Assembly: GCF_006345805.1 (NCBI RefSeq)
Contig: NW_021829596.1
Coordinates: 1 to 51,541, forward strand
Reading direction: 5' to 3'
DNA length: 51,541 nt
From: Octopus sinensis
Taxonomy: Eukaryota
The notes under the pieces are model-generated. The model did no database searches. It was given only the letters and a program-made list of their open reading frames with translations, and was not told the origin of the DNA. This document shows, piece by piece, positions 50,843 through 51,541 of the stretch. Every line of letters begins with the position of its first letter. Within the stretch, counting starts at the first letter, position 1. The position numbers were made by a program, and so were the translations under genes.

Positions 50843-50886
50843 TTGTCCTTGACGAAAATACTCCTCCAGTAATGTTCTGACCTCGT
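50843..50886 (-). CDS. Candidate 44-nt exon (phase 1-0): (D)EVRTLLEEYFRQGQ
   Basis: Acceptor atgtgaattctttAG, donor CAA|GTGAAT, open frame. Confidence 0.33.
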
Positions 50887-51506
50887 CTAAAGAATTCATA
50901 CATTTCCGTTCAAATGATGGTGAAGACTGCGAAACAAATGATAATCAGATAGGGGGATGTCGGCGATATACATGCACACAAGGCACACATGCACACACTA
51001 AAGACAGATAAGAAGGAGAAAAATAATAAATAAATGAATGAAAGACACAGGTACACACACTGTAAATATACAAACCCATATACACGCACCCGGGCACACA
51101 TACTGAACACATTCACAAAATACATATACACATATATAACGCATGCGTAGATAGTGATACATTCCACAAAGGGGCAAAATGGAATAAGTAGGACAAAAGA
51201 GACACATGGGAGACAAAATTAGTTATGAGGTCACTGAATGTAACGAAAAGAACTTTGACAGAGAAATAAACTGAAAATAATACGAATAAAAACTGAAGTG
51301 AAGATCAAATAAAACAGTACGTGTGTAATTAGCAAAAAAGAACACCTCAAAGTATAACAATATAAATTTTGTATGTGTGTGTATGTTTTGTATATATTTT
51401 TGTATATATATTCAAATATGAAAAAGAAGCAGAGCTAGTGTTACATAAACATTATCGGCCCACATACTTAACTGGCAAATTTGCAAAGGATATAGTTATG
51501 TGGTCG

Positions 51507-51541
<35 letters not shown>

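Overview
AT-rich eukaryotic (metazoan) genomic DNA dominated by microsatellites and interspersed repeats. The repeat make-up looks like an octopus/coleoid cephalopod intronic region; this is an inference from family resemblance, not a database result. There are no rRNA, true tRNA or CRISPR loci, and nearly all ORFs in the supplied track are microsatellite translations. Supported content: (1) three tRNA-headed SINE families (labelled A, B, C here; about 20 copies); (2) decayed R4/Dong-type and other RLE LINEs; (3) an RTE LINE with a 5' inversion; (4) two DD37D (maT) mariner remnants, two MITEs and a non-autonomous Helitron-like element; (5) a tentative, phase-consistent chain of small minus-strand exons of an unrecognised gene. 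The best lead is a set of type I hammerhead-ribozyme motifs in short Penelope-like or retrozyme-like repeats inserted in (TA)n. The clearest is 46781-47587: a 364-bp unit carrying a fully paired hammerhead with a CCGAUGA (U4C) core, arranged as a partial tandem plus a 346-bp inverted copy.
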